Assembly (NCBI GenBank): GCA_951804945.1
Contig: OX638155.1
Location: 63,240,001 to 63,304,000, forward strand
Length of the DNA stretch: 64,000 bases
Reading direction: 5' to 3'
DNA from: Podarcis cretensis
Lineage: Eukaryota
Shown: positions 45,846 through 59,092 of the stretch, piece by piece
How the letters are laid out: the number at the start of each line of letters is the position of its first letter
Position numbering within the stretch: the stretch's first letter is position 1
Notes under the pieces: generated by a model
What the model saw: only the letters and a program-made list of their open reading frames with translations
Told to the model about the DNA's origin: nothing
Databases searched by the model: none
Translations under genes and position numbers: made by a program

Positions 45846-48800
45846 CCAGCAGAAACACCACAAAGTCTTCACGTGGTTCAAACAAAACTGATTTGCCCTT
45901 TCTGTAGGTGGTATCCCACTGCTGACAAATTAACTGCTGTACAGTATCACCATAGAACAGGACACAATTCTGTGTTGTGTACAATACTGAAGAACATCTG
46001 CAATAAAGGTTCAGTCAAGTTTAAAAGAGTTCCTTAGGTAACATTGCCAGTTACTCATATTATTTCCCCTAAGCAGTTCAACACATTGCCCAAGACAGCA
46101 CAGGATAAAAGGAACACGTTAATATTTTTTTTTTGGGGGGGGGGGGTGTAGAATAATTTATTAGGACATTTTAAAAGACTGCCAAAAAAGCAAAGTGAAC
46201 AAAGTAGACTTGTTTGCTTCTATGAACTCTCTATAAGTGACAGATCCCTATTCAAAACTTTTCAAAGAACTGTAGGTGTGTATGAAGGAGGGGAAACCCT
46301 TCATAGGTAGGAGTAGGAGACTATTTTGAATAGTAATATACATATGATTGTATGTGAGATCAATTTATGAGATGTGAAATGCTGCAATAAAGCACTGCTC
46401 TACTATTTTTAAAAAAAAAGAAAGGAAAAAAGAAAATCTGTATAGAAATGAAAACTGACAAATCTGAAAATAATTCTTGGAAATAAGAGAAAATCAGACA
46501 GGTTTGTAAACTGTATTTAATTTATCCCCCATTCCTAGCCAGGGTCTCTGTCTGATGTTTAAAAAAATACAATTTGCAATGAAGAAATAATAACAGTCCA
46601 AACACAAGCATCTTTATACTAGGTGTTCACCCGTGAAATCACTGAGGACTAGTGACCAGTGAGGCTATACAAGCAGGGCTGCACTGCTCTCCGGTCTTCC
46701 TAATACTGTTTGTCTCTGCAGGGAGCTGCAGGGTGGGAATGGGAATATCAGTAATGTGAGATTCCTTGCACGTGTGTAACCATTGAATACAACCTAAGCA
46801 TCTTTGTTTAAGCAGCAGACAATATGCCATACAATGTCTGGACGAAAATGTTAGCTGTTTATTCACAAACTGAGAATACATGTTCAGCTGGTTGATGTAA
46901 ATAAAGAGTTCTATGGCCCCAAAATAACTATAGCAAGTCTGGATAAAAATAGAAACAGCCAACTGTGTAGCCAAGAACTTGTATAAGAACTCATCTAGCA
47001 CATTTAGAGAAATAATAAAAATAAAGATCTGAAGAAAAATCAATTGTCCTCAGATTAAATCTCATTTGGTTTACAATGCTCCATGTTGTGGAGGGCAAAG
47101 ACTCTGCTAGGATGCAGAAAAGATATACAGAGAAATAAAACAGAACTTGTTCTGAGGTTTGTGGAATGCCCTCCCCTTTGAGATTCTCCTGAGCATTTGG
47201 CACCCAGTGAAATCATACCTGTTATCACAGGTTGTTTGAGCAACACCTCAATTGGGTTAAGATTTAGGTGGGTATCTATCTCTGAACATGATGGGCAATT
47301 TCTGTGCCTTGACAAAGGTACTTTATTAACCAGGACTGCAATCCCATAATGGATGAAGAAGGTTAATATATTTCAACTGAACTGCAATAAGAGTTATTTC
47401 TGCATTGGAGCATCCATAGGAACGAAACAAAACTCATCAAGGATGCACTTTGTCTCCCTATTTTTAGATCTGTATTTGTATGATCTGGTGCTCAAGTTCA
47501 GTTCACCTGAGATTCATGCTTCCAAATTGGGAAGCATGGCAGTTTTCATATTGCTGTGTGCAGATTGTGCTGTATTTTTATTTTTAACAAAGGTAAATCT
47601 TAGAAGGGGTTTTAAGTGATTTTCTTCATGCCAGAATAGTGAAAAGCTGGTTATAAATTATGATAAAACTAAGCTCTTAGTCTTCTTTAGAGACAATCTG
47701 TTTCTATGTGCTATATGCTAGATGGTCATCTGTTAGGAGTGAGAGTCTTTCAGTACTTACTGTAAGCCACACTTTACTATGTTTAATACAGTATATGCTG
47801 TAAGCCACTCGCAGTGGTTGGGAAACCAGCCAGATGTGTAGGGTATAAATAATAAAATAATAAAAATAATAATAATTACTACTATTACTACTACAGGATT
47901 ATCTCACTCTGCTTTAAAACCCATGTAAAATGTGCTATTGCCATGGCACCTCAGACCTCACAGGCTGTCCTTATCTCAAAAACAACTAACAAATATGCTG
48001 CGCTTAGGCACTGATGTTCCACCAGATTTCGATACTCCTATTTACTCTTCAAGATTAAAGCAAACATCAAAGTGTAGTCATCATCATAAGGGTGGCAAAG
48101 GAACACTAAATCAAATATAATCAGATATCTTGGAAACAGGCACAAAATGGAATATTTTCCAGCATAGAAATTGATGATCATTTTGTTTTGAGGGCATATC
48201 CTTGAGAACACAACTGTTCAGGCACAGATGTGCAGGCTGCACAATAATTTCTTTGCCGCATTATTTATTGTGTGCCCACAAAATACTGAACCAATAAACC
48301 AATGGTAGTCCCTTTGTTCCATTGCTACCTAGCCAGGTCCAGCCTATTGAGGGAATGTGTTTGGCTGATAAAACCTAGGCTGGAGGAATGTGTTGCCTGT
48401 TTCAGTTCCCAGGGCTGACTCGCATCGTGCCTCCTGTACTGCTTCACGCCACAAATGTTTTTGCCTAACTAGAATGTTTCCTTGAACTCTGGCAGTGCCT
48501 CTCATTTGTCTGGATGGAGAACGGAGAGGGATGTGTGAGCATGGGTACCAACTAGCCTACTGTGCAAAGGTAACATTTGCATTTATGGTTCCATTCATTT
48601 CTGCTTCTAGCCCTGTCCACCCCTGGTTTGTGGCCCTTGGAAGCTTGCCCAGAGGCTAATGTGGGCCTCAGGCTGCAAATGTTTTCCTCATTGCAGATTC
48701 AGCCAAATACACTTAACTAGCTTGCTGTTTATTTTCCTCTGTTTTGTTTATCCATGTGACATTACACTACAAGCCTGACAGATATCTAACAAGTCGTGTA

Positions 48801-49085
48801 CTGCCGAATGTTCTATCACTCAAAAAGACAGCCAAGTCAACCATTAAGATTTGCACCCATCAAAAACCTTCATTTATATTCAAGGCTTTCTTACTGTCAG
48901 CATAGTTCTCAGCGGAGCTCAGAGCCACACAGACTCCATTAGCAACCAATAATAAAGGGAAGTCGAAATGAACTCTGTTCCTTTTGCTCCCCCCCCCCCA
49001 TTTTTTTTCTGTTTTAGCCACATGCATGGCTTCCAGGTGACCTCTGAATGTAGACAGAAGCATCCAGAGTGCTCAAGGCAAGTAT

Positions 49086-49099
49086 GTTGTCATGGTAAC
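49086..49099. promoter_or_regulatory. RFX X-box motif match
   Basis: GTTGTCATGGTAAC fits the palindromic consensus GTTGCCATGGCAAC. Motif match only. Confidence 0.35.
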
Positions 49100-50063
49100 A
49101 CTGAAGAAGAGGGCCCCGGCATTTAGAGACTTACAAACAGGTAATTAAATACACCCAGAAGCAGAGAACAAATGCTGGATGCTGCCCCTGATGTAAACCG
49201 TGAATGAAGATAGCTTCTTAACCTTTCACCTTGTGCTGATAATTTGCTGCTCGCAATTTTGCTCTTATTTACATGGATTCATTTTCTGATCGGCTTTCAC
49301 CAAGGACAAATATAATATGTCAATATTAGGGCAGCAGAGAGATTATTATTGACAACATATGCTCCATGGCTGCTTTAATCAGCCTCTTACACAAAATCTA
49401 GTCATCTCTTTATAATGATGATGGCAGAAAAAGCAGAATAACAATCGTCTACAGCTGCCATGCAGCTAGTTTAAAGCAAATATATATATTCATTTATTCT
49501 CATCATTTCTGTGATGCCTATTCACACAACAGGACTTGGAAAGCACATTTTGTATGAGTAAATGAGTTGGTAGCTATATTCCCCACGGCCTTGAGGAATT
49601 ATTATTTTTCTCTGGGATACAGAAGGCATGTGTTTGAATTTTCGTTTTTCATTGCCTGTGCTTCCTAAACACCTCTCTGCATGCTTTTCTGATATCTCAT
49701 TTCACAAGTCAGCTAGCAAAAAAAAAGTATGAGGTTAAAATTATGAATCTAAACTGCTAACAGGACAGATGCAAATATCAATGCACCAATTCTAAAGCAT
49801 TTCAGCATCAGGGAATTAATTGCACAGGTAGAATGAATGAATAGCATGTTTGCAAAGTTAAGACTTAAAACCTATATTTACCTGGGAGTAAGCCCCACAA
49901 AATTTAGTAAGACTTACTTTTGAATAGATATGTAAAGGATTGCAGTGTGATTCCCTGTGTTTTAAGGCTTTAAAGCATGGTGTGCTTTGTATCAATACTT
50001 AAACTGAGATGGCATTTGGGGAGCAGCCATCCCAGTAATAGTTGTATGGTGACAGCATGCAGA

Positions 50064-50429
50064 CAGGGACGGAGCTACCTGTCCCGGCACCCGGAGTGGA
50101 GTGGGGCTGGGCTAGCCGGCCCATGGGGGCAGGGCTAGCGGCCCACACAGTGAGCGTCCCTAGCCGCTCACTGCCTGTGCAGCGAGTGGGGGGGGGGCGC
50201 TGCTAGCAGCCAGTGCAGTGAGAGTCCCTAGCCGCCTGCCTGCTGCCCACGTGGCAAGCGTCGAGAGGGGCGCTGCTTGCGGCAGCATCATCCCTAGCAG
50301 CCCACCACCCACGCAGCAAGTGTCCAGGGGCACTACCCGCATGGCAAGAGGGGTCGGCAATGTCACCCACCCTCATGGCTGACACCCGGTGTGCACCACA
50401 CACCCTGCACCTGCCTTCCTCCACCAGTG
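50064..50429. mobile_element. GC-rich hAT-type MITE
   Basis: Ends CAGGGACGGAGCT / TTCCTCCACCAGTG resemble those of 34374-34592. 8-bp flanks CATGCAGA / CACCCAGA. Confidence 0.75.
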
Positions 50430-52441
50430 CACCCAGAGCCAGTTAGCTATAGGCAGTTGGACTTTCTGAGAACTGCAAGGATTGCCTTGCTGCTTGAGAC
50501 CATGAACCATACAGACTGGTCTTCTGTCTCCAACAGCAACCACCCAGGCAATGATCATCTCATGTGTTTTCTCCCCAGCATATAGCATTCAGAAATATAC
50601 TTGCTCTGCACCTGAAGTTTCCATTTAGCTGCCATGCTTAAGAGAATTTGGCAGACCTGTTTCCCATATCTACTGTTAGACTTAGGTTAGCAGGTATATA
50701 AAGCTAATCTTTTTTAGGGTGCTAACTAGTTTTCTGAGCATCTCTTGGTGTTTGCTTCAAAGTCATCCCCTTTCCAGTTCTATCCTGTCACAATTCTTGC
50801 ATTCCATGTAGAAGCTTCTCCTACCTCATTGATCAAAGAATGATCATGGCGAATCATATTTTGTAATATGATTGAACACAATATATGCATACCCATGGCA
50901 TCCACTTTAAGAGTTAAATTACATGACTGTCCAGCAGAAAGCCAAACATTAACATATCAATAGTTGATCACTCAAAGCTGGATGCTTTCCGATTACTGAT
51001 CTTCCAACCTAATACAAAATGCATTTTAGTAGCGACAGAAGGGATTGATCTTCATGTTTTATACAAGAGTATTTCTTGGCAGTGTCACATGGAAGATTTA
51101 CGAACCCTGTAAATATTAGGAGTGCAGCTAGGCATATAGTGGATCTTTTAAATATTACAGAGGCTTGACTGTAATCTCTAACTCCACTCATCCTTTAATA
51201 AGCAATGTAGATTTCATGATTTTGCAACTCAATTTGCAACCTGTGCACTAAAAACAGAAAGGGCAGAAAGCTGTGGTCAAAGGAAGATGAGCTACCTCTT
51301 CAGACGAATATACCACAGTCACCAACTGATACCCATGTAGAAAAATGTCTCTACACAAGAACAGGATCCTGATCTAAGATGGGCCTTTGGCCTGATCCGG
51401 AAGGCTCTTCTTATGTTCTTATTTATGGTGGCATAGTGAAGACATGTTCAGCAACCTTCCCCTTCTCAGACAGTCCCATCTATGTTGCTAAATCTATGGT
51501 GGTAAATATCATCTGTGGTGCTAAATACAGTTTACTGATGCTAAATCTAAGGTGTCAAATATTAGGGCTCTGCACTGGATTCAGCCAAGGTCTGGGCCAA
51601 ATTGGGCTTATTTGGATGGATCCAAGCATTGAGGGCCAGGCTGGGTGGCCCATAGAGGACATCAGGCAGGAAGCAGAAGCTAAAGCAATGGAACCCAACC
51701 CCTGACATGGGTTATTCCATCTCATCCCATCTGACCCTTTCTACCATCTGTTGGTGACCCAAGGAAGATGGATAAACCAAGAAATCTACAGCCAAATATC
51801 ACTCAGCTGTGTGTGTGTGTGTGTGACTCCCATTTGCCCTCTTGTTCTCTGCTACGGATACAATGGGCATCTTGTTTTCAAGGTGGTGGTTTCCCCCCCA
51901 AAGGGGATTTTATAGCAGAGATGAATTTGCCATTTTAATAAGAATGTTCTAGAACAGGGTGAATCAGAGCTATGTTGCCTTGAAAGACAAAGTTTATGAG
52001 AAAAGAGGCTTGCCAGCTCATACAAAACAATATTCATGGGGTTTCAATATTTTCACACAGCTGGCTTGTACCTTCTGCCACGTGGCATAGGGAGAATTAG
52101 GGGGTGTTAAACTTAAGTGGATATTTTTGTTTCTAAACCTGTGAAAAAATGTGAATAACTAAATTTTGAACAAGAGGTGAGAGAGATATGATTAAAGTTT
52201 CTAGTTTGCACCACAAAGGAGAACAAAGGAAGCTTTAAAGGGGGGCGGGTAGCATCCTCTGGTACCCAAAGGGGAAAATCCAATAATGTGCTCCTATTCA
52301 GAGATCAAATGTCACTGAGGAAATTAATGGAGAATTTAAAAACCGAGCAGTCCTATGGGGGTGTTATCTGCTAATTGTCCACTTCATAATGTTAGCTGGA
52401 TGATTTAAATGCAGTGGGGTATTCATATCTGACAATATCTT

Positions 52442-54075
52442 CTTTTTTAAAAAAATAATATTTATTAAAGATTTTCAAATATAACAAAAAAAAGAAAAAC
52501 ATCCAAATTTAAGGCCTTATTTTCAATATCATCTTTCCAGGACTTCCCCCTCCCCACCCCCTCTTGTATTCCAATTCTTTCAAATAGATTCAACAAATTC
52601 TTACCCCAAATTTTAAAATTATTATCATTAACCCAATTTAAAAAATATTTCCCCATCCCCTAAAATGACCTGTTCCCTTCCACAAGTTCCCCTCTTTAAT
52701 ATAAGATACAGATTAACATAAAAGAATTAAAAAAAAATAAAATATAATTTAACACCCTTTGGATTCCAAATTTCCCTCCCCCCTTTCCCGGTTGCGTTCC
52801 CAATGTCCATCAAATCCACTGTCTCCTGGAGCTCCCACATCTGAACCCTAATCTAAGCCATAATCCTTCACCAGTCCGCTTTGCCGTCTTTTTAGTAATC
52901 TTTACCATCTTTTAATCATCTTTAATTTCAAATGTCCAATCTTAGAAAGGGTCTATCTTCCAACTTTGTCCAGTTCTTGTTTTTCTTGTTGTTCTTGATG
53001 TTCTCTCTTCTCCTCTTTTTTTTTTCTTTTTTTCCCCCTGCTCTCCTGCACAAATGTTCTAATTCCAAAAAGCTTGTAATTCCTCTACAGAGGCTTTGTT
53101 ATTCAGGAACAAAACATTACGTCAAGTCCCTTCCATTCTTCAATAGATAAATCTATTGTCTCCTTTAGTGTGTAGACCTCTGTAGACAAAATAGTGTTCC
53201 ATTTCTGCAGTTTCCCAGGAGATAAAATGTCCGATTCAAATTCCATGCCAGCGATACTTGTAATAACCCACAGCTCCTCTAGAGGGATTATAGTAACTCA
53301 GTTTCATTCCCGATCTCACCCACCAGTCAAAGTAACTTATTATTCCTTGTTTTAAACAGTTTATATCCAATTTATAACAAATGTAACCAGCAAAGTCCTC
53401 ATAACAAAGTTCTCTTTTTGTTCTTCAGTTTTGGCAGCTCCTTTGACAGCTGTCAAAACCTCTATTTCTCCTCTCCAGGCGCTCTCACGGATCGCTCCCG
53501 GGGCTTCCGGGGAGGGTTGTATTTTAATTCACATTCCACTCTTCTCCTCCAGCCCAGCTTATAATTTCCCATCGCGAAATTAATATCTTTATCAAAAGAA
53601 AAGGTTGCGCTCGATCTTAGTTGTCAGGTCCTTTGCTTTAGCTCCTCTACAACAGGGGGGAGGTTGACTTCCTTTTTATACCTCCCCCGCTCGCTCCGAA
53701 TTTAAGAAAAAAATTATTCCCCTTTTTAATCCAAGTTCCAATTACTCACGGGTTGTTCTTTTAAGTCCAGATTTTCAATGGAAGAAGTCAGCGCTCTCCG
53801 CCAAATGGCATGCGGCTTCGCTCGGCAGAGGAAGCAGAGGACTCACAGCACCCCCCCCCCCCGTCACCCGCTCCGCAGCCTTTAAAAAGGCTCCTTCGCG
53901 TGGTCGGGGGGGCGCAAACGGTGCCAGCCGAGTCACCATGCCCATGGGTTTCAGCGCCCATGGTTTTGAGGGTCCCCGCGTCGCCGGTGCGGTAGAACCC
54001 AGCCCCTGCCAAGCAGACTCCCTCCGGAGCTCGGAGGGAGTCCGCCATTCGGCGATGGCGCCAACCCGGAAGTCC
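52442..54075 (-). mobile_element. 1.63-kb non-autonomous L1-like (HAL1-type) retroposon, 5'-complete
   Basis: Exact 18-bp TSD CATATCTGACAATATCTT (52424-52441, 54076-54093). CpG-rich 5' end starting GGACTTCCGGGTTGGCGCCATC. AATAAA and A-rich 3' end. No RT ORF. Confidence 0.85.
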
Positions 54076-54863
54076 CATATCTGACAATATCTTAGCCTGG
54101 GGTGGGTGTATTATTCAAGGCTGTGTAGGTAACTGGTAATTTCTTAACTAAAAATAGTATACATCCTTACCATTTGGAAAGCTAGAAAATCTTCTTCTTT
54201 TGATAACATGGTGAAATTACATGTTATTTATTGTGTAACAGGCAGCTATATATTTCACATCATTTTATTTATTTTATTTTAAAATAGCATTTATTAAAGG
54301 TTTTCTTGGGTTACAAAAATTGTCTCTATTTTCAGGTCATAGAGTCTTTTCTACAGATCAGTTACATTCGATGTGAGACATTAATGTTATATACAGTAGA
54401 AGGTTGAGGGAGAAACGAGGTGAGGAGAGGGGGAAGAGGGGGTGGCAAATTTGCATTCTTTTACTTAGCGTATGTGTGAGGCTTTGTGTCAGCATCACTT
54501 GGGTAGTTTCTCTATTAATTTGTTAGTTTTCATTGGCAATGGGGGGGGGGGCAGGGAGAGCCCTGGGCATGGTCTGTTGCCTTCAGTTGACTGCAGTGAG
54601 TTTTTATAACTTTTTAATTCCATCCGAGTTAGGTTGTTAATCTATCATATGCTTTTACCTTTTTGCATTTCATCTGTGTTGTTTTAATTTGTATGAGCCG
54701 TCCTGAGTCCTGGCCTAGGAAAAGGGCAGGCTATAAATCACCATCATAATATCTCTTCCTTTCCTTAAATGGATTACAGTTAGTGTGGAGGGCACCACAC
54801 TGACTCCCCTCCACCCCAGCTTTGAGCATCTATAGCAGCCCTTTCCTCTCTTGTGCCCCCGTA

Positions 54864-55355
54864 ATGTGGTACCTCGGGTTACAGACACTTCAGGTTACAG
54901 ACGTTTCAGGTTACAGACTCCGCTAACCCAGAAATAGTACCTTGGGTTAAGAAGAAGAAGAGTTTGGATTTGATATCCCGCTTTATCACTACCCTAGGGA
55001 GTCTCAAAGCAGCTAACATTCTCCTTTCCCTTCCTCCCCCACAACAAACACTGTGTGAGGTGAGTGGGGCTGAGAGACTTCAAAGAAGTGTGACTGGCCC
55101 AAGGTCACCCAGCAGCTGTATGTGGAGGAGCGGGGACGCGAACCCGGTTCACCAGACTACGAGTCTATCGCTCTTAACCACTACACCACACTGGCTCTCA
55201 CACTGGGTTAAGAACTTTGCTTCAGGATGAGAACAGAAATTGCACGGCGGCAGCAGGAAGCCCCATTAGCTAAAGTGGTACCTCAGGTTAAGAACAGTTT
55301 CAGGTTAAGAACGGACCTCCGAAATGAATTAAGTTCTTAACCCGAGGTACCACTA
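54864..55355. mobile_element. Tc1/pogo MITE (family of 14993) split by a SINE insertion
   Basis: GTGGTACCTCGGGTTA ... TAACCCGAGGTACCAC ends with TA flanks. Confidence 0.9.
54954..55203 (-). mobile_element. Squam3-like SINE nested in the MITE
   Basis: 11-bp TSD TGGGTTAAGAA (54943-54953, 55204-55214). Confidence 0.92.
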
Positions 55356-56220
55356 TATAGGGGTGCTGCCAGCAAACAGAAAAAATAGGAAGCTGCCTTA
55401 TACCCAATCAGGCCATTGGCCCATCTAGCTCAATACAGAAATCTCTCCTAGCCCCACATAGAGATATCAGATGGAACCAACGACCTTCTGCTTGCAAGAT
55501 AGATGCTCTAGCACTGAGCCATGGCTCTTCCCCAAAGCTGTGCATGGGGACTTGAGTAAGAACGGGCTTCTGAATGTTTCTGCCTAGAGGACGTGGAGAG
55601 ATAAGAGGCAAGGCAACGGTGCACAAGCTCAGAAACGTCTTGATGGAAGAAAGCTCCAAAGAAGGAGAGTCCACAACTGTCCGAAGAATTCCATTCCACT
55701 TTTCCATGGATCTTTTTTTAAAAAATGGAAAACCACATCGCCAAATATATAGCAGTGCAAATTTCGAAGGACAGCTGCTTTTCACTTCATGTATAAGTTC
55801 TGGATGTGTGAATTAGGCAGGTTCTCATACAAATGCAAACAGAATACATTTCTCCCTCAACTCTACCTCGCATCAGGGGCCATGAGGAAGGATTGTTAAA
55901 TCCGATTGATGTGCCTGTTTAGAGCTCCCATCAGCTCCAAGCAGAAAGAGGAGGAATGGATTTAAAGGGCCCCGACAGCTTCACCAGGACCCTTAGAGAA
56001 ACTTTTCCTTGTTGCTTGGCACTGATAAGAGTTCTGAGTGGCTACAGAGCCAAGGAACCACCGGTTTAATCCTTGCTCTCTGTCTCCAATATACCAGCGC
56101 TCCATGCTGGGGACGTTGAAGGGATTTAAAAATAACAACTTCCTCACAGCAGCTCCATAACACTGCTCTCCACAGCACCTGAACTGCCACTGATCCATCT
56201 GCCCCCATCTCCCAGGAAAT

Positions 56221-56234
56221 CCACCAGGGGGCAG
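56221..56234 (+). promoter_or_regulatory. CTCF core motif match
   Basis: CCACCAGGGGGCAG fits CCASYAGRKGGCRS. Motif match only. Confidence 0.35.
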
Positions 56235-56355
56235 GAATCTTTGGAGGGGGCCGTTTTGCCCCAGGTCCTCCCAAACCAGGAACCAGCTCTGGCTTACCAT
56301 GAGCGGCCTTGAGCACACTTTGGTACAGAGCGCCAGGCAGAAATCACGAGTGTAA

Positions 56356-56389
56356 ATAAATAATTAATACAGATAAATAATTAATACAG
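56356..56389. repeat. 17-bp tandem duplication
   Basis: ATAAATAATTAATACAG x2. Confidence 0.9.
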
Positions 56390-58609
56390 ATATTAATTCA
56401 GCATCTGCAGCTCAATGTGCAAAATCAGGTATAAGCTATGCTTTCAGTATTTTACAAGAAGCAGAAAAATCCTACTAGTATGCCTAACTATTTTCAAAGT
56501 GTATGACAAATATTTCAATTTATACTCTTCTTAAAGGTTTCACTGCTGAATATATATGCATATATTCAGGGTGGTATATACGTCACCCTGGACCAATAAA
56601 AGCATATTATTCTGGCCATTTAGATGCTCCCGTTTACAAATTTAAATATTACTTTAATTTAAATTCAGCCAGGATGCTTCTAAGTGGAAGGGAACGCAAA
56701 AGGTTACGAAGGTCTGATTTTAATTTGCACCACAAATCTATATATTGATCATGTTCTAAATAAAACATTTTGCTTTAATAATATTAAAGGCATTTCCCTA
56801 GTAGCTTCTGCTGCTGAACGCTTCCAGCTAAACAGCAGACTTTATTGGCCCCTGTAGCAGAAGCACAAACAAAGTATAAACCTTTGAGGCATGTGAAATT
56901 ATACATTAATAATGAACGAATACCAAATAATAAACAGAACCTTTTGCTGTTCTGCTTTGGAATGCTGGAGCAAAATCGACGCAAGGAGGAACAAGGGGAG
57001 CTCTATTCGATGTGCAGATTTATGGGGACGTTGTTCTCTATGTGCACAAAAATCCAACTAATGTAACGATAAACTTAAAGCAAAATTTCAGCGTTATGAA
57101 TCCAGAGAATTTATCACTTTACATAACTGCAGGGTTAGGCTATAAAATGGTTTGCCCGCATGTGGTACAGAAATAAATAATGAGTGTATTAGGAAACGTG
57201 AATGCATTCATGGGCTCAAATTAAATTGTTTACATTCATGAATGCAAGAGCAGACTGCAAAGCTTGGGAATGTAGCAACATTGTAAGCTTCCTTAAGCTA
57301 AGACTACTGGTCCACCCAGCTTAGTACTGATCACAGTAATGCAGTGGCAATACAGGCAAAGGCCTACTTAGCCCTATCTAGAGATATTGGGAACTTAACA
57401 CAGAACCTTCAGCATGCAAATCATAGTCCTTCCGCAAGCTTTCACAGCTGGAGCAGACCTTTCCAAAGATGGGCAGCTCCATGCATGGATATCAAAACAT
57501 TTGGACGATCTGTGCACCACCAACTTTGACACGTAGAATATTTTCTCTGATCTCAGATTGAATTTCATGATGCACACATGTCTTCTGTAATCTCTAGACT
57601 AGACTGTGCCTCTCACTTCACATCCATGTGACCTAGAAAGTGGGCGAAAAATAAGTAAGTTTGATCACATGGAGAAGCATGGCGGCTGGGGTCCATTGCG
57701 TCATGCTACTAGTTGTGTACGCTCAACAGAGCTTGGGAAATCTTAAGTCACAGCTTCGAGTGGATGGGAATTTTCAAAAAGTTTCTGATGCAATATGGGG
57801 GTTGGCTGCTTAATTATGAAAGTGAAAAATCCCAGGCTGTTGGTTGTGTACATGGGAGGTCCACGCTCTCGCTCTTCAGCCATTTCTGTTACCATAACAG
57901 CACTTTTTGAAGCAGATATAATCAGAGGGATGGCATCACATGGAGAAACAGGCTGCTTTTCAACAGTGTGAACAGCTGCTGAGTTTACACATGTTAACTC
58001 TTTAAGAATGGAAGTTGATGCAGTGTCTTACACAGGTAAATAAAATCTGTTTCAGCTTATATCAAAGCCAGAGTTGATCCTAAAAGGCCACTACTTACAA
58101 CAGGGAGGGAGAACCTGTGGCCATCCATGTGTTGTTGGAGCAGGGCCGGCCCAGCCATTAGGCAGAGTGCAGCTGCTGCCTCAAGCGGCAGAAGCCCTGT
58201 GGCGGCGGCAGTGAAGAAGTGACACATGCATTGGTGCTGAATTGGGGTGAGATTGTGTCCATTTTGGGTGAGATTTCACCCCAAATCAGCTAGACCTTGC
58301 CTGAGATCGACGTCGATGCTGACAGTGCTTCTCCGCCAGTGACAGATGTGGCAGACTGTGAGGTGGCAGCAGTGGCAGTGGCAGCAGAGAGAGTGGTGCT
58401 GGCGGCTGCAGTAGCAGGTATGGTGTTGGCAGGAGCAGCAACTGCAGCAGGGTTAGACATGACCTGGCAACGGAGCTGCCGCGGCCGGGTGTGCCTCGCC
58501 ACGGCAGAGGAGGACTGCTCTCTGTCCCTGGGTCAGAAGAGCTGCTGCCACTAGGCGCGAGGTGTGCCGCCCACTCTTGAAGCTATATCAGTGACAAGAA
58601 AACTACCTT

Positions 58610-58851
58610 GCCAGTGTAGTGTAGTGGTTAAGAGCGATAGACCCGTAATCTGGGGAACCGGGTTCGCGTCCCTGCTCCTCCACATACAGCTGCTGGGTGA
58701 CCTTGGGCCAGTTACACTTCTTTGAAGTCTCTCAGCCCCACTCACCTCACAGAGTGTTTGTTGTGGGGGAGGAAGGGAAAGGAGAATGTTAGCCGCTTTG
58801 AGACTCCTTCGGGTAGTGATAAAGCGGGATATCAAATCCAAACTCTTCTTC
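58610..58851 (+). mobile_element. Squam3-like SINE
   Basis: GCCAGTGTAGTGTAGTGGTTAAGAGC...GGGTTCGCGTCC...GATATCAAATCCAAACTCTTCTTC. Confidence 0.92.
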
Positions 58852-59068
58852 ATCTTAACCTTTAGCCCAGCCTTTGGGCAGGTTTGGCTAGGAAATTTAA
58901 AACAAGTCAAGCTGTGCATACATTTTTCTAAGGGTGACTGTAGATTTTTCTTTAAGAAATAAATCATATATTACTACCTTTCAATATTAATTATGGTAAT
59001 TCTTTTCCCCATGGGTTGTGAATCAAATAACCCAAAATTGTATCGTGTAAGTGTGTAATTTTCATTCA

Positions 59069-59092
59069 TATATATATATATATATATATATA
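59069..59092. repeat. (TA)n microsatellite
   Basis: Direct reading. Confidence 0.9.

Noticed and set aside
57620-57675. TCCATGTGA/TCACATGGA inverted repeat as a miRNA hairpin
   Set aside because: The stem is only 9 bp with a large loop, and no known mature miRNA was recognised.
58290-58554. Ala/Val/Thr-rich ORFs on both strands
   Set aside because: They arise from GCA/GTG low-complexity sequence inside a GC-rich repeat-like segment.
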